Assembly (NCBI GenBank): GCA_937875295.1
Contig: CALLXS010000013.1
Coordinates: 1 to 51,145, forward strand
DNA length: 51,145 nt
DNA from: an uncultured bacterium
GTDB lineage: Bacteria > Bacteroidota > Ignavibacteria > Kapaibacteriales > UBA2268
Reading direction: 5' to 3'
Made by a program: the position numbers and the translations under genes. Shown piece after piece: positions 37,224 through 48,000 of this stretch (the first letter of the stretch is position 1; each line of letters starts with the position of its first letter). The notes below the pieces were generated by a model. That model was not told where the DNA came from. It was given only the letters and a program-made list of their open reading frames with translations, and searched no databases.

Positions 37224-39986
37224 TTATTTTTTAATAAATTTAAAATAATGCGTTTTCTCATTTATGATTAATTTTCCTATATAATTACCTAGTGGGAGTG
37301 GATTTACTTGATTATTATTTCTTAAATTGCATGTTAATATATCATTATTAATAGTGAGCTCATCTGCTGAATAATTTGATTTTAAGCTACCCTTTGAATC
37401 ATATATCAATAAATTAAGATTATTTATAAAAGGTGTACTGATTTGTAAATTGATTTCATCAATTATTGGATTAGGGAAGATGTTAATTAGATGATTATCA
37501 TAAATTTTATTGTGAATGACTTTTGAGTCAGTTGCATCTTTAATTTTACTTACTAAAATTTCGCAGTCCCCACTAATTGGATATGTAGTAAATTTTAAAG
37601 CATCAAATTCATTTTTCTTTTTAATGATTTTTGTAGATTTATTTGCCTCGATAACATTCACACCGCCATCAATAGTATCTCTTGTCATAAAGTTAATTAC
37701 ATAAACTCTATTTATAATGGAATCTTTCCATTGATTACATTTCCTATTGATTTTGAATAATATTGTAGAATCATTATTTTCAACTTGGTATGATAAAATT
37801 TCATATTGCTTGTCATTTAGCGAATTTGGATTTTTGCCGTCGTCAATATAGCAGTATGAACTAAATTTAGACACATCTTTATCATAATAATAATTTAGAA
37901 TTAGAGTATCGGTTGAATATTCCTCAGTATTCATTACTTTTTTAGCATTAGGAATGATTGCCCCAGCTCTGACAAATAAAGGCATTTCAGCAAGGGAATG
38001 ATAAATAAGAGTATCTGTATTACCTTTATATTTATTTAAATTAAAATAATCTATCCAATCTCCATTAGGGAATTTTACTTTTTTAGAATCAGTAGAATCA
38101 AATATCGGAGCTACTAAAATATCGCGACCAAAATAAAATTGTTTGCTTTCATCTTTGAATCTTTCAATATTATTTGTATTTCCAATAAAAAGAGTATCAA
38201 AAATCTCATCGCTGTAATCATAAAAATTCATAGCTCTGCATAGTGGATAACCAAGCGTAGAATTTTCATAAGCTAAAGTGTAATTATATGGCAATAAAGC
38301 ATAGCGAAGTTCAATAAATTTACGATTAATATTGACTACTGTATCATTGTATACGTATGGCAATGGAGAGGCATTTCCATTAGAATGAGTTCGCATAATA
38401 GGTGAGAATGTCCCAAATTGAAGCCACCTAGTGTATATTATTGGGTCAATATAATTTCTTCCATCGTATCCCCCAATATCAGAATTTAAATACGCTATCC
38501 CACAAACACCGAGAGATAAAATCATATCTATTTGGATGCTCATTGTAGTGAAATCATTTAAGCAATCACCAGACCAAGGAAATACAGAAAATTTTTGAAT
38601 ACCAGACCAACCAGCTCTTGAGAACAAGATATTTCTTACATTTGGTTTTATTATATTAAAATTATTTATTAGAGATTCGCACCAAATATTAGAATAAATA
38701 TTATGGATATTTAACATATGTCCATTGAAATGTATTGAGCCTGCATTATGTATTTCCGGTTCTCCTACATCGAGCCACCACCCATCTATATTTGCATCTA
38801 ACGTAATTTTATTAAATAATTTTACAAACCAATCTAATGCTTTCGGATTAGTAAAATCAACTAATGATACATCAGCAGTGAAAAACTGGTATAATGAAAT
38901 AGAACTATCTTTATCGAGGGCAAAGAAATGATTATCTACTGCATGTTTATAATTATGCGATTTTAAAGCGATATAGGGTTCAGAAATTAGCAGTTTCTTA
39001 ATTTTATTAGAATCTAATTCTTTCATTACATCATAAAAATCATTCCAATTTCCATCTTTATTTAATGTAAAATTACCCATTCCTTTTCCACCACCGAACC
39101 AACCATAATCAATTGCAAAAGCATCTACTGGAATTTTTAATTTATTAAATGATTGTGTTACTTCTCGAATTTCGCTAGTCGAGTGAAATATTTTAGATTG
39201 CATAAAACCTAATATCCAAAGTGGTGGGAGAGGTTGAAATCCTGTTAAAAATGCGATATTATTAGTAATTTTGCTTTGACCTCTGGAGCTAATTACATAA
39301 AAGCAAGGATAAATAAAATCTCCATAAAAGTGAAAATGCGAAGTGTGTTTTTTAGAATAGGTATTACCTCTCGAAGGATTATCAATAAGAAGTCCAAACT
39401 TATTGCCCCAAATATATGTAGGTGAAGTAACATGTGCATGGTCTCTTGGATATGTATATTTAAATTCTGCTACATTATATAAGCTAAAATCGTGATTACG
39501 TTTATTAAAATCGTTAGCCTGTGAGCCTAATCCATACAACGCTAAAGAAGAATCAATACTACAAGAAAAACCTTTATAATTATTAGGAGTAGAGTAAAGA
39601 ATATTTTTCATCAAAGTATCTTTGCTAATTTTATCAATGATTAGCATCGATAAATTTTCTTTTTCAATATAAATTAAAATTGAATCGCTATCAATTTCAT
39701 ATTGATTGTTAAGTTCTTTGAATTTAAAAGCATTATCGATAGTATTTGCAATTACAGCATATTTTTTGTTATCTAAAGTATCATTAGCGTATCCAGTTGT
39801 AATTTTAGCAATATCTTTCTTGCAAAATTCAATTTTGACTTGCCTTTCGCTTCCAAAAATATGCACTAATTTGCTATTATTGATAACTTTATTATTTGTA
39901 ATTTTTGAATTTTCATCACTTTTTACTTGTGAAAATGCGAAGTTAAAAAAAATAACTATGTATAATAATTTTAATATAAATTTCAT
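37224..39986 (-). CDS. Glycoside hydrolase family 31 (alpha-glucosidase/alpha-xylosidase-like) with T9SS C-terminal sorting domain
   Basis: Signal peptide present. GH31 blocks are IDGWWLDVGEPE (nucleophile region), RAGWSGIQKFSVFPWSGD, DIGGY and MRTHS. The C-terminus INIFPNPIIDEINLQIS...LLIYDSKGSL...LPLGNYIGKLIINEKTHYFKFIKK is a T9SS CTD. Confidence 0.85.
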   Translation of the reverse strand: MKFILKLLYIVIFFNFAFSQVKSDENSKITNNKVINNSKLVHIFGSERQVKIEFCKKDIAKITTGYANDTLDNKKYAVIANTIDNAFKFKELNNQYEIDSDSILIYIEKENLSMLIIDKISKDTLMKNILYSTPNNYKGFSCSIDSSLALYGLGSQANDFNKRNHDFSLYNVAEFKYTYPRDHAHVTSPTYIWGNKFGLLIDNPSRGNTYSKKHTSHFHFYGDFIYPCFYVISSRGQSKITNNIAFLTGFQPLPPLWILGFMQSKIFHSTSEIREVTQSFNKLKIPVDAFAIDYGWFGGGKGMGNFTLNKDGNWNDFYDVMKELDSNKIKKLLISEPYIALKSHNYKHAVDNHFFALDKDSSISLYQFFTADVSLVDFTNPKALDWFVKLFNKITLDANIDGWWLDVGEPEIHNAGSIHFNGHMLNIHNIYSNIWCESLINNFNIIKPNVRNILFSRAGWSGIQKFSVFPWSGDCLNDFTTMSIQIDMILSLGVCGIAYLNSDIGGYDGRNYIDPIIYTRWLQFGTFSPIMRTHSNGNASPLPYVYNDTVVNINRKFIELRYALLPYNYTLAYENSTLGYPLCRAMNFYDYSDEIFDTLFIGNTNNIERFKDESKQFYFGRDILVAPIFDSTDSKKVKFPNGDWIDYFNLNKYKGNTDTLIYHSLAEMPLFVRAGAIIPNAKKVMNTEEYSTDTLILNYYYDKDVSKFSSYCYIDDGKNPNSLNDKQYEILSYQVENNDSTILFKINRKCNQWKDSIINRVYVINFMTRDTIDGGVNVIEANKSTKIIKKKNEFDALKFTTYPISGDCEILVSKIKDATDSKVIHNKIYDNHLINIFPNPIIDEINLQISTPFINNLNLLIYDSKGSLKSNYSADELTINNDILTCNLRNNNQVNPLPLGNYIGKLIINEKTHYFKFIKK

Positions 39987-40323
39987 TGTTTAATTAATGT
40001 TAAGTAATATTATTATTGCGTTCAACGAAAAAAACTATTTTTATGTTAAATGTATCGTGTATAATAAAATTAAGTAGAAACTATTCTTCAAAATTAAAAA
40101 AAAAATCAATAGTATCAAAATAGTAAGAAAATATTAAAAATAAATATAATTATTGAAACAAATATTTCACATATTTCGTTTTCAATAAAATAGATTAATT
40201 TCAATGAAATAATTTTTTAGAATAATTTAAAGGTTATAGAAATAAAATTATATTATTATAGAAAAAATTTGTAATTTTATTTTTTGCTATTTTAATTTTT
40301 AAAATAAAATAAAATTTATAAAG

Positions 40324-40746
40324 ATGAATCCACTCGATATTGAAAAGATTGAAGCAATACTTGGCACTGCATATTCAAAATTGAATAATACATTTTCTTG
40401 GATGATAGATAAAGTCGATACAAAAGATAAATTGTTACTTACAATTTATAATGATGTTAAAATTGACGGCACCTCTGATGCTATTTCATTAATTTCAGCG
40501 CAGAACAATCAAGGATATTTTGAATTGCATAATTGCAATAAATATTTTTTATTTGAGCCAGATGAAATTATTTTCCTTAACATTAGCGAAAATAGTATTT
40601 CAAGTCTTGTTGTGAGCGCAAGTGGTAATTTATCAGTATTTTCTAATATTAATAGAAAGATACTTCAGAAGGATATTACTACTTTAGATTCATCTCTTTT
40701 AATGTCTGCAATGCAACTTTCTATTACAGAAGAAGCAATAGATTAA
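40324..40746 (+). CDS. Hypothetical protein
   Basis: 140-aa ORF with no overlapping alternative and no signal peptide or motif I recognise. Convergent with the next gene, separated by 3 nt. Confidence 0.45.
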   Translation: MNPLDIEKIEAILGTAYSKLNNTFSWMIDKVDTKDKLLLTIYNDVKIDGTSDAISLISAQNNQGYFELHNCNKYFLFEPDEIIFLNISENSISSLVVSASGNLSVFSNINRKILQKDITTLDSSLLMSAMQLSITEEAID

Positions 40747-40749
40747 TTA

Positions 40750-41466
40750 TTAAAGTGGCATTTTTGCAGTAAGCTCTAAAAATATTCCACCAAAGTTTGT
40801 AATCGGTTTATTTCTTACTGAAGCTAGCCCATCGCCACCAAATGGAATATAAAGATATTTCATTCCAAAAGTAATAAAAGTAGACCCTGACATTATATCG
40901 ACACCTACTCCACCATATCCAACTGGCTTAAAGTAGTTTTTAGCTTTAGAGAAGGCTTTGAAAAATTCTATATCATAAGGAGTAGCTAAAATCCAACTTA
41001 TTCCACTTCCTGCTTCAATAAAAGGACGTAGTTTATTTGTCAAAGTAGAGGAGAAAAGCCTATATTTGATTCCAAGCATTAGGGGAGCAAAATAAATTCG
41101 ATTTATTTTATTTGGCACTCTATAATCCATATAATTATAATCCCATATTTCAAATTCATCTGAGTTATGAGCTCCACTTATAAGTAACTGTGCATTAATA
41201 CTAAAAGCACGAGACAGAGAATATTGATAGCTGGCACCTAATCCTAATCCATGATCACTAAAGGCAATATTAATACCGACATAGTTAGTTTTTTCATTTT
41301 CAAATGAAATATTTTGATATAAATCAATTGATGGAGAGAATATTATTGAAGTGTCCTTATCAGATGGTATGCCGGGAGAAGTGATTTGCGAAAAAGCTAC
41401 AAGCCGGCTTATAATAAAAAAGAAAATTACAAATGAGAAAATATATTTGTTTTTATTAATATTCAT
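40750..41466 (-). CDS. Small outer-membrane beta-barrel protein
   Basis: Signal peptide KYIFSFVIFFFIISRLVAFSQ. Alternating hydrophobic/G-rich strands (GLGLGASYQYS, GYGGVGVDI). ~238 aa, a size typical of OmpA-barrel/PorT-like proteins. Confidence 0.55.
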   Translation of the reverse strand: MNINKNKYIFSFVIFFFIISRLVAFSQITSPGIPSDKDTSIIFSPSIDLYQNISFENEKTNYVGINIAFSDHGLGLGASYQYSLSRAFSINAQLLISGAHNSDEFEIWDYNYMDYRVPNKINRIYFAPLMLGIKYRLFSSTLTNKLRPFIEAGSGISWILATPYDIEFFKAFSKAKNYFKPVGYGGVGVDIMSGSTFITFGMKYLYIPFGGDGLASVRNKPITNFGGIFLELTAKMPL

Positions 41467-41657
41467 TGAATTTTTAATTTTGTGAAATAAATTCTTTACA
41501 ATAATAATAATACGTTTTAATATAATTATATTTTTAATTTTTATAAAAAATTATTTTTCTTTAATTTTGTATTCTGTAACTTTTTATAAATATTGAAATT
41601 ACAAAAATATAAATTAAATATCTTATTAACGATAGACATTTAATATAAATAATTATA

Positions 41658-42446
41658 ATGAAAATATTAGAATTAATTAAATTGTTAGAACAAGAATTCC
41701 CTTTAAATTCAGCCGTTGATTGTGATAGAATTGGTCTACAAATACAAAGTACAAATCCGGAAATAAAAAAAATACATATTTTGTATGAATTAAATTCTGA
41801 TACAATTAATGAAGCAATTAAATTAAACTCAGATTTAATTATTTCATTTCATCCATTAATTTATTCACCATTGCAATCGATTGTGGAGTCTGATAGAGTG
41901 GGAAGGTTGTCTTCAGAAATAATTCGTAATAATATGTCGTTATATGTGATTCATACTAATTTCGATACTTATAAAAATGGTACAAATGTTCTTTTTGCAA
42001 ATAATTTGGATTTAGAAATAGAATCATATTTATTACCCAACGAAAAATATACTGATAGAGGAATGGGAATTATTGCCAGAGGAAAAGAAAAAGAATTATT
42101 TGCTGAGGAATTATTGCAAAGAGTAAAAAAAATATGTAATTCTCCGGTAAAGATTAGCAAATTTGATAAATCAAAAAAATGCAAAAAGATAGCAATTATT
42201 TGCGGTAGTGGTTCGTCTTATATTTCTGAAGCAATTGAGCAAAATTGCGATACAATTATTACTGCAGATTGCTCATATCATAAATTCCACGAAGCTGAAG
42301 GAAAAATTATGATTATAGACCCTGGCCACAATGAAATGGAGAAGTTCGTTGCAAAGGGTTTGTTTAGTGCTATAAAAAAATTAATAAATGAAAATATTGC
42401 GATCACTTACTCTGAAATAAATACTAATCCAATTTTTTATTTATAG
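41658..42446 (+). CDS. Nif3-like dinuclear metal centre protein (GTP cyclohydrolase 1 type 2 homologue)
   Basis: ISFHPLIYSPL, VIHTNFDT and IIDPGHNEME are conserved Nif3/YbgI metal-ligand blocks. Confidence 0.86.
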   Translation: MKILELIKLLEQEFPLNSAVDCDRIGLQIQSTNPEIKKIHILYELNSDTINEAIKLNSDLIISFHPLIYSPLQSIVESDRVGRLSSEIIRNNMSLYVIHTNFDTYKNGTNVLFANNLDLEIESYLLPNEKYTDRGMGIIARGKEKELFAEELLQRVKKICNSPVKISKFDKSKKCKKIAIICGSGSSYISEAIEQNCDTIITADCSYHKFHEAEGKIMIIDPGHNEMEKFVAKGLFSAIKKLINENIAITYSEINTNPIFYL

Positions 42447-42494
42447 ATTTAAATGAGATAATAAATTAAATTTACATATATATGGGCAAAATAG

Positions 42495-43238
42495 ATGAAA
42501 TCTGAACTACAATTCTTAGCAGAACTATCATTAATTGATATTAAATTAGATGAACTTCAAGAAGATTGCGGGGATTTACCTAATAAAATCAAATCTTTAG
42601 AAAGAAAATATAATGAAGCTGTTGCTAAAGTAAATGAAACTCAACAAATTTTAAGCGATATAAAAAAATTTAAAGTTGATTCCAAGCTCACATTGCAAGC
42701 TCTAAAAGAAAAAGAAGAGAAATTAGCTGCTAAGCAATTTAATGTAAAGAATAATAAAGAATTTGATGCTTATACTAAAGAAATAGATTTTACTCGAAGT
42801 GAATTCGTTAGATTGACTGATGAGCTTAGAATGGCCGGTGTGAAAGAAGAAAATTTAACTAATATGATAGAATCTCAAAATAATGATTCTGCTGAAGCTA
42901 AAACGGAATTAGATTCTGTACAAAAAGAACTTGACGAAGTGGCTTCAGATCAAAATGAAGAACTTTTAAAACTAAAATCTATTCGTAAGAAAATAATAAC
43001 AAATATTTCTCACGATACTAATACTGAATATACTAGAATCCGTACACTTCATCACGATGCTGTGATGCCTGTAAGGAAAAATAGCTGTTCAGGATGCTAT
43101 AGCACAATTCCAGCACAAAAAAATGTAGAATTAAGAAATAATTTAGATTCAATTTTCTATTGTGAAAATTGTGGTAGAATAATTTATACAGATGAATTAG
43201 TAATTGATAAAGAAATATTAGATTTAATCAAATATTAA
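42495..43238 (+). CDS. Coiled-coil protein with C4 zinc ribbon (DUF164 / HP0958-like family)
   Basis: A long heptad-rich N-terminus, then CSGCYSTIPAQ...FYCENCGRIIY. Sits immediately downstream of nif3, as is typical for this family. Confidence 0.78.
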   Translation: MKSELQFLAELSLIDIKLDELQEDCGDLPNKIKSLERKYNEAVAKVNETQQILSDIKKFKVDSKLTLQALKEKEEKLAAKQFNVKNNKEFDAYTKEIDFTRSEFVRLTDELRMAGVKEENLTNMIESQNNDSAEAKTELDSVQKELDEVASDQNEELLKLKSIRKKIITNISHDTNTEYTRIRTLHHDAVMPVRKNSCSGCYSTIPAQKNVELRNNLDSIFYCENCGRIIYTDELVIDKEILDLIKY

Positions 43239-43258
43239 CAATAATATTAAATAAAAAT

Positions 43259-43703
43259 GGGGAAAACGGGCAATTGCAGGATATTTTAAAATATAATGAG
43301 GAAAGTCCGAACTCCATAGGATAGAGTGCTTCGTAACGCGATGGCAATAATAATTACAAAGATATTTTCATTAATGAATTATCTTTATATTAAAATTGAC
43401 GGAAAGTGCAACAGAAATTATACCGCTTAATTTGCTAAAAATTAAGTAAGGGTGAAATGGCGAGGTAAGAGCTCACCGATTATAATGGTAACATTATAAT
43501 AAATGCAAACCCCACTCGGAGCAAAACCAAATATAAGGTCATTAAGGATATAAATTATTTTATCCTTTGTAGAGCGATCCGTTCAAATTCGCAAAGAATA
43601 TGTCCTTGGGTAGGTTGCTTGAGGATGCAGGTAACTGCATTCGTAGATTAATAATTGCCCTGAGAATTTTTTCTCAGACAGAATTCGGCTTATAGTTTTC
43701 TTC
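43259..43703 (+). ncRNA. rnpB: RNase P RNA, bacterial type A
   Basis: Conserved blocks read directly: GAGGAAAGTCCGAACTCC (CR-I/P4 5' strand), ACAGAAATTATACCGC, GGGTGAAATGGCGAGGTAAGAGCTCACCG, AAACCCCACTCGGAGCAAAACCAAATA, GGGTAGGTTGCTTGAGG and ACAGAATTCGGCTTAT (P4 3' strand). P1 forms between GGGGAAAAC (43259-43267) and GTTTTCTTC (43695-43703). P2 is GGGCAATT/AATTGCCC. The P18 hairpin is CTGAG-N8-CTCAG. Confidence 0.93.
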
Positions 43704-43889
43704 ATTTTATTTAATAAATTTCCATAAATTTCAACCGCTTAGAGCAAAATTAAATATTTCATAAAGTTCAATTTTCCACAATTTTGAATTTTTAAGTATA
43801 TTTAATTAAAATAATTCCATTTTTAACCGATATTACTCCTTATTAAGAATATTACATATAATTTAAATTTATAATTAAGGACTAAAATA

Positions 43890-44189
43890 ATGAAATTACC
43901 TGAAGATCCATTGTTACTTGAGCTTTTTCCAGAATTTATTGATGGTTGGATCGTTGATTTAGATGAACAATTTTTGCCTGCATATAATAATAAAAATGCA
44001 CAAGATGTATATAGAGTAGGTCATACATTAAAAGGTACATGTTTTCAATTTGGAATAGATGAAATTGCTCAAATGGGAATTAGTATGATGGAAGCAACTA
44101 AAAAAGAAGATTGGGTGGAGATTTATAAATTATATTTGAAAATCAAAGGAAATTTTGCATCAATTAAAAAAGAATTAGATTCTCAATAG
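43890..44189 (+). CDS. Stand-alone histidine phosphotransfer (Hpt) domain protein
   Basis: 99 aa and all-helical, with the phospho-accepting motif VGHTLKGTCFQFG (HxLKG). Confidence 0.72.
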   Translation: MKLPEDPLLLELFPEFIDGWIVDLDEQFLPAYNNKNAQDVYRVGHTLKGTCFQFGIDEIAQMGISMMEATKKEDWVEIYKLYLKIKGNFASIKKELDSQ

Positions 44190-44214
44190 TTTTAAAAATA
44201 ACTTAAAATTAAAA

Positions 44215-44250
44215 AAAGTAAGGTATCAATTTAAAAGATACCTTACTTTT
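44215..44250. terminator. Bidirectional rho-independent terminator between the Hpt gene and rfbC
   Basis: A 13-bp perfect stem aaagtaaggtatc (44215-44227) / gataccttacttt (44237-44249) with a 9-nt loop. A/T runs flank both sides. Confidence 0.85.
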
Positions 44251-44272
44251 ATTTTAACTAATTCATTTTATT

Positions 44273-44827
44273 TTAGATTTTTATATTCATTTCTTTCCAT
44301 TGCTTAAGAGATATTCCATTTAAATCTTTATCCGACACTTTTGGAGATTCATTATTCCAATTAATTCCAATGTCTTTATCATTATATAAAATAGAAATTT
44401 CTGATTTAGCATCCCAGAAATTTGTACATTTATAATGAATCACTACTTCTTCGCTTTCGGCAGAAAAGCTATTCCCAAAACCTTTTGGCACCCAAAGCAG
44501 TAATTTGTTTTCTTCCGAGAGCTTATATTCTCTATACTGTCCAAAAAATGGTGAATCAATTCTAATATCTACAATTCTAAAAATAGCAGTGCCACGTAAT
44601 ACTCTTTCTAATTTTCCTTGTGGATTATTATATTGGAAATGAATTCCTCTTATTGTACCTAATTTTGAAGATGACTGGTTATCTTGCACAAAAGTTTCTG
44701 TAATTCCAAGTTCTTCGAAATCATTTTGATTAAATGATTCAAAGAAATATCCACGATTATCTGAAAATATTTTTGGTTCAATTAATTTAATTCCATTTAA
44801 ATCTTCTTTGATTATATTATAGGGCAT
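44273..44827 (-). CDS. rfbC: dTDP-4-dehydrorhamnose 3,5-epimerase
   Basis: IKLIEPKIFSDNRGYFFESFNQ, IRGIHFQ and VPKGFGNSF are canonical RmlC blocks. I prefer the second Met (MPYNIIKE, 44827) because its spacing to LIEPK matches known RmlC. The ORF track extends the gene to 44854. Confidence 0.9.
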   Translation of the reverse strand: MPYNIIKEDLNGIKLIEPKIFSDNRGYFFESFNQNDFEELGITETFVQDNQSSSKLGTIRGIHFQYNNPQGKLERVLRGTAIFRIVDIRIDSPFFGQYREYKLSEENKLLLWVPKGFGNSFSAESEEVVIHYKCTNFWDAKSEISILYNDKDIGINWNNESPKVSDKDLNGISLKQWKEMNIKI

Positions 44828-45085
44828 ATTTAAGCTAAATAATGATAAAAACAATTATACAAAATTAAGATTTTTTATTATTTATTTTGTTAGAATTCAC
44901 AAATTAATAAAATATAAATGTTAAATATTTGTAAATATTATAAAAAATTAAGTATTAAACTTGATTTTTAATAATTATTTTCGTATTTTTATATTCACAA
45001 AAGTGGCATAAATTAATAAAATAGTAAAGCAGGAAGATTAGCCACAATTAAATTAATAATTGCAGTATATTAATTTAGCAAAATT

Positions 45086-48000
45086 ATGAAATATATCCTA
45101 ATGATTCTCATTGCTGTTGGGTGTATTGGAGTTGCAAATGGTAAAAGCGAAGACTTTTATAGTATCCGAGGTGAAGCCTATCAATTTGATAAGGTGTTGG
45201 AACTATATGATGCAAAACTGATTAACCAAGCAGAACAAAACATTTTATCCCACATTAAGCAATATGACGGTCCATATTCAGAACACAAGCAATTAATGTT
45301 GCTTGCTGAAATCGATTTATACAACAATAATTTCAAGCTTGCAGATAGAAAGTTAGAGGATTTTGAGCATTATTATACAAATTCTCCTTTTCTGTCCTCT
45401 GCTGTGCTTTATAGAGCTTATATTGCCTTTCAGCTAAAAGATTTTGAAAATGCCGAAAAGCATTTCCAGAAGGCTTTTAATATTGCTGTAGATGATTATA
45501 ATACTCGCAAAGATAGCATATACAATAATTATGCTGAAGAAGCTATTTATTGGCGAGGAGTGTCGCTTTATCATTTGGGTAGATATAATGAAGCTCAAAC
45601 TTCATTTTTGGAATGTAATAGAAATTACCCAAATAGCAAATATTCTGACGATGCTCTATATGCTTTAGGTATGATTTCAGAAATTAATAAGAATTTTGAT
45701 AAAGCTATTTCTTATTACAAGACTTTGAGCAGTAAATATCCATATTCTAATTATATTGTTTCTTCCAAAATTCGAGAAGCAAATAATTATTTAATACTTC
45801 GCGATCCATCGAATGCTATAATTACTTTAGACAATTTAAGTAATATTTTAGAAAGAGTAAACAATAATAAGGACGATGGAAATAAATATGAAAAGCAAGT
45901 AAACTTAGAAAATTCAGATGAAGAAGTAATTTATTTGAAAGCTGAAGCATATAATTTATATGGAAATTATTCAGAAGCTGAAAAATATTATAATTTATTC
46001 ATCGAAAAATATCCTGATTCTAGAATAATAAATTATGTGAGGCTTGGTCTTGGCAGAATTTTTCTAGAAAAAAATGATTATAATGGTGCAATAGCAAAAT
46101 TTGATGATATAATTACTTCCGGTATAGAACTTAATCAATCTCTACTTTCTCAAGCTAAACTTCTTAGGGCAGTAGCTCAGAAAAAAAGCGGTAATCTTAA
46201 AGATGCTAAAAAGGAATTTTTGGCACTTTCGCTACAACCAGATTTTGCTTTGCATAGCGACGCAATGTATGAACTGGCTCTGATTTATTACGAGGAAAAA
46301 GATTATACAAAATCAATTAAAACATTAATTGATGCAGAAAAAAGAGCTGAAGATGCTCAACAAAAAATAAAATTACATCTGCTGCTTGGTGCTAATTATT
46401 TAGAAGAAAAACAATGGCCAGATGCCTTAAATATATATAGATCTGCAGAACAATTAGCACAAAAAAGTTCTGATGTCTACTTAGCTAAAAGAAATTGGTA
46501 TATTGGCGAAGCAAGACTAAAACAGGGAATAGCATTAGTAAATTTAGCAAAATATAGAGAAGCTATTTTTCCATTACAGACTTTCATTGCCGACCATAAG
46601 GACGATCCACGTCTCGATGAAGCAACATTTTGGTTGTCTGAAGCATTTTATAGAGCTAATATGATAAAAAATGCTAGTGAAAATTATAACAAATTAATTA
46701 CAAAATTTCCGAATAGCAAGAGAGTCGAAGAGAGCTATTATGGCTTAGCATGGACTTATTTTCGTCAGCAAAAATTTAACGAATCCTCAAAGATTTTTGA
46801 CCAGATGATGAAGCTATTTCCAAATTCAAAATTTGCCTCAGAAGTGTATTCACGCCAAGGCGATGGATATTATTTAACTAAAAGATTTACCGAAGCAGTA
46901 TCAGCTTATCAAAAAGCTTTAAAAGTCTCTGAGGATAGTGACGAAGGTCAATATTGTAGTTATCAAATAGCTCACTCATACTTTAAAATGGGTTCTTATG
47001 ACCAAGCGGTTACAGCTTTATTAAATTTTGTAAAGCGCTATCCAAAGTCATCTTATTCAGATAATGCTTTATATTTAGTAGGATGGATATATTTCCAAAG
47101 AGATAGGTATACAGAATCTATAGAAAGATTTAAATATTTGCTTGAAGTGTATCCGCAAAGTTCATTAGTACCAAATGCACAATATTCAATTGGCGATGCT
47201 TATTATAATTTAGGTAATTTTGATGCAGCAATAACTGAATATAAAAAGGTAATTGAAAAATATCCAAGTAGTGACATTGCCGGAGATGCTCTAAGAAGTA
47301 TCCAATATGCCTTAGAGAGCTTAGGTCGCACTGACGATGCTATTGCAATTACTGATGTATTTATTAAAGCTAATCCTGAATCACCTTTTGCAGAAGATTT
47401 AAGAATGAAAAAGGGCGAATTATTTTATTCAGGTAAAAAATATAGCGATGCAATTAGTGAATATAATGAATTCGTGAAAGCATTTCCAAAGAGCGAAAAG
47501 AATCCTGAAGTATATTATTGGATGGCAAAAAGTTATTTAAATATTGGAGATACTGTAAATACCTTAAAAATGTTTGAAGAAGTTTATACAAGATTTCCAG
47601 AAAGTGAATATGCCCCAATGAGCTTCTTAGAGAGTGGTTTATTTTACAAAGACATAAATAGAATTATTCAAGCTGAGACGCAATTTAATGAATTAGTGAA
47701 GCGATACCCGGAAAATTCTATGGCTTCACAAGCTCTATTTGAAGTTTCTACAATCCGTATATCAATTGGTGATACAACCGATGGAATTAATTTAAATAAA
47801 AAGATATTAACGGAATATCCAGAAAGTGAATATGCGGTGTTAAGTAGATATAGATTAGCTACTTTTTATAAGCTTAAGAACAACATGGATTCAGCGATAG
47901 TTCATTATGCAATTTTAGCAAAGAATGAATTAAATACTGTAGTTGCTGCTGAAAGTGCTTATAGATTAGGAGAATATTATAAATATATTCCAAATTATCC

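Noticed and set aside
39706-39993. Plus-strand 95-aa ORF over the 5' end of the GH31 gene; also 37516-37704 and 38725-38931
   Set aside because: All are nested antisense in a well-supported GH31 gene, with no independent signals.
40153-40185. Imperfect palindrome TTGAAAC-AAATAT-ttcac-ATATTT-CGTTTTCAA in the divergent GH31/hypothetical promoter region
   Set aside because: The arms need an asymmetric bulge, and the sequence is entirely A/T-rich, so chance occurrence is likely. It is worth testing only if a local regulator is identified, and none is encoded nearby.
44990-45050. TGGCAT...motif upstream of the TPR gene as a sigma-54 site
   Set aside because: The downstream element is AATA rather than TTGC at the required spacing. 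The flanking gtggc/gccac pairing is only 5 bp with a long loop.
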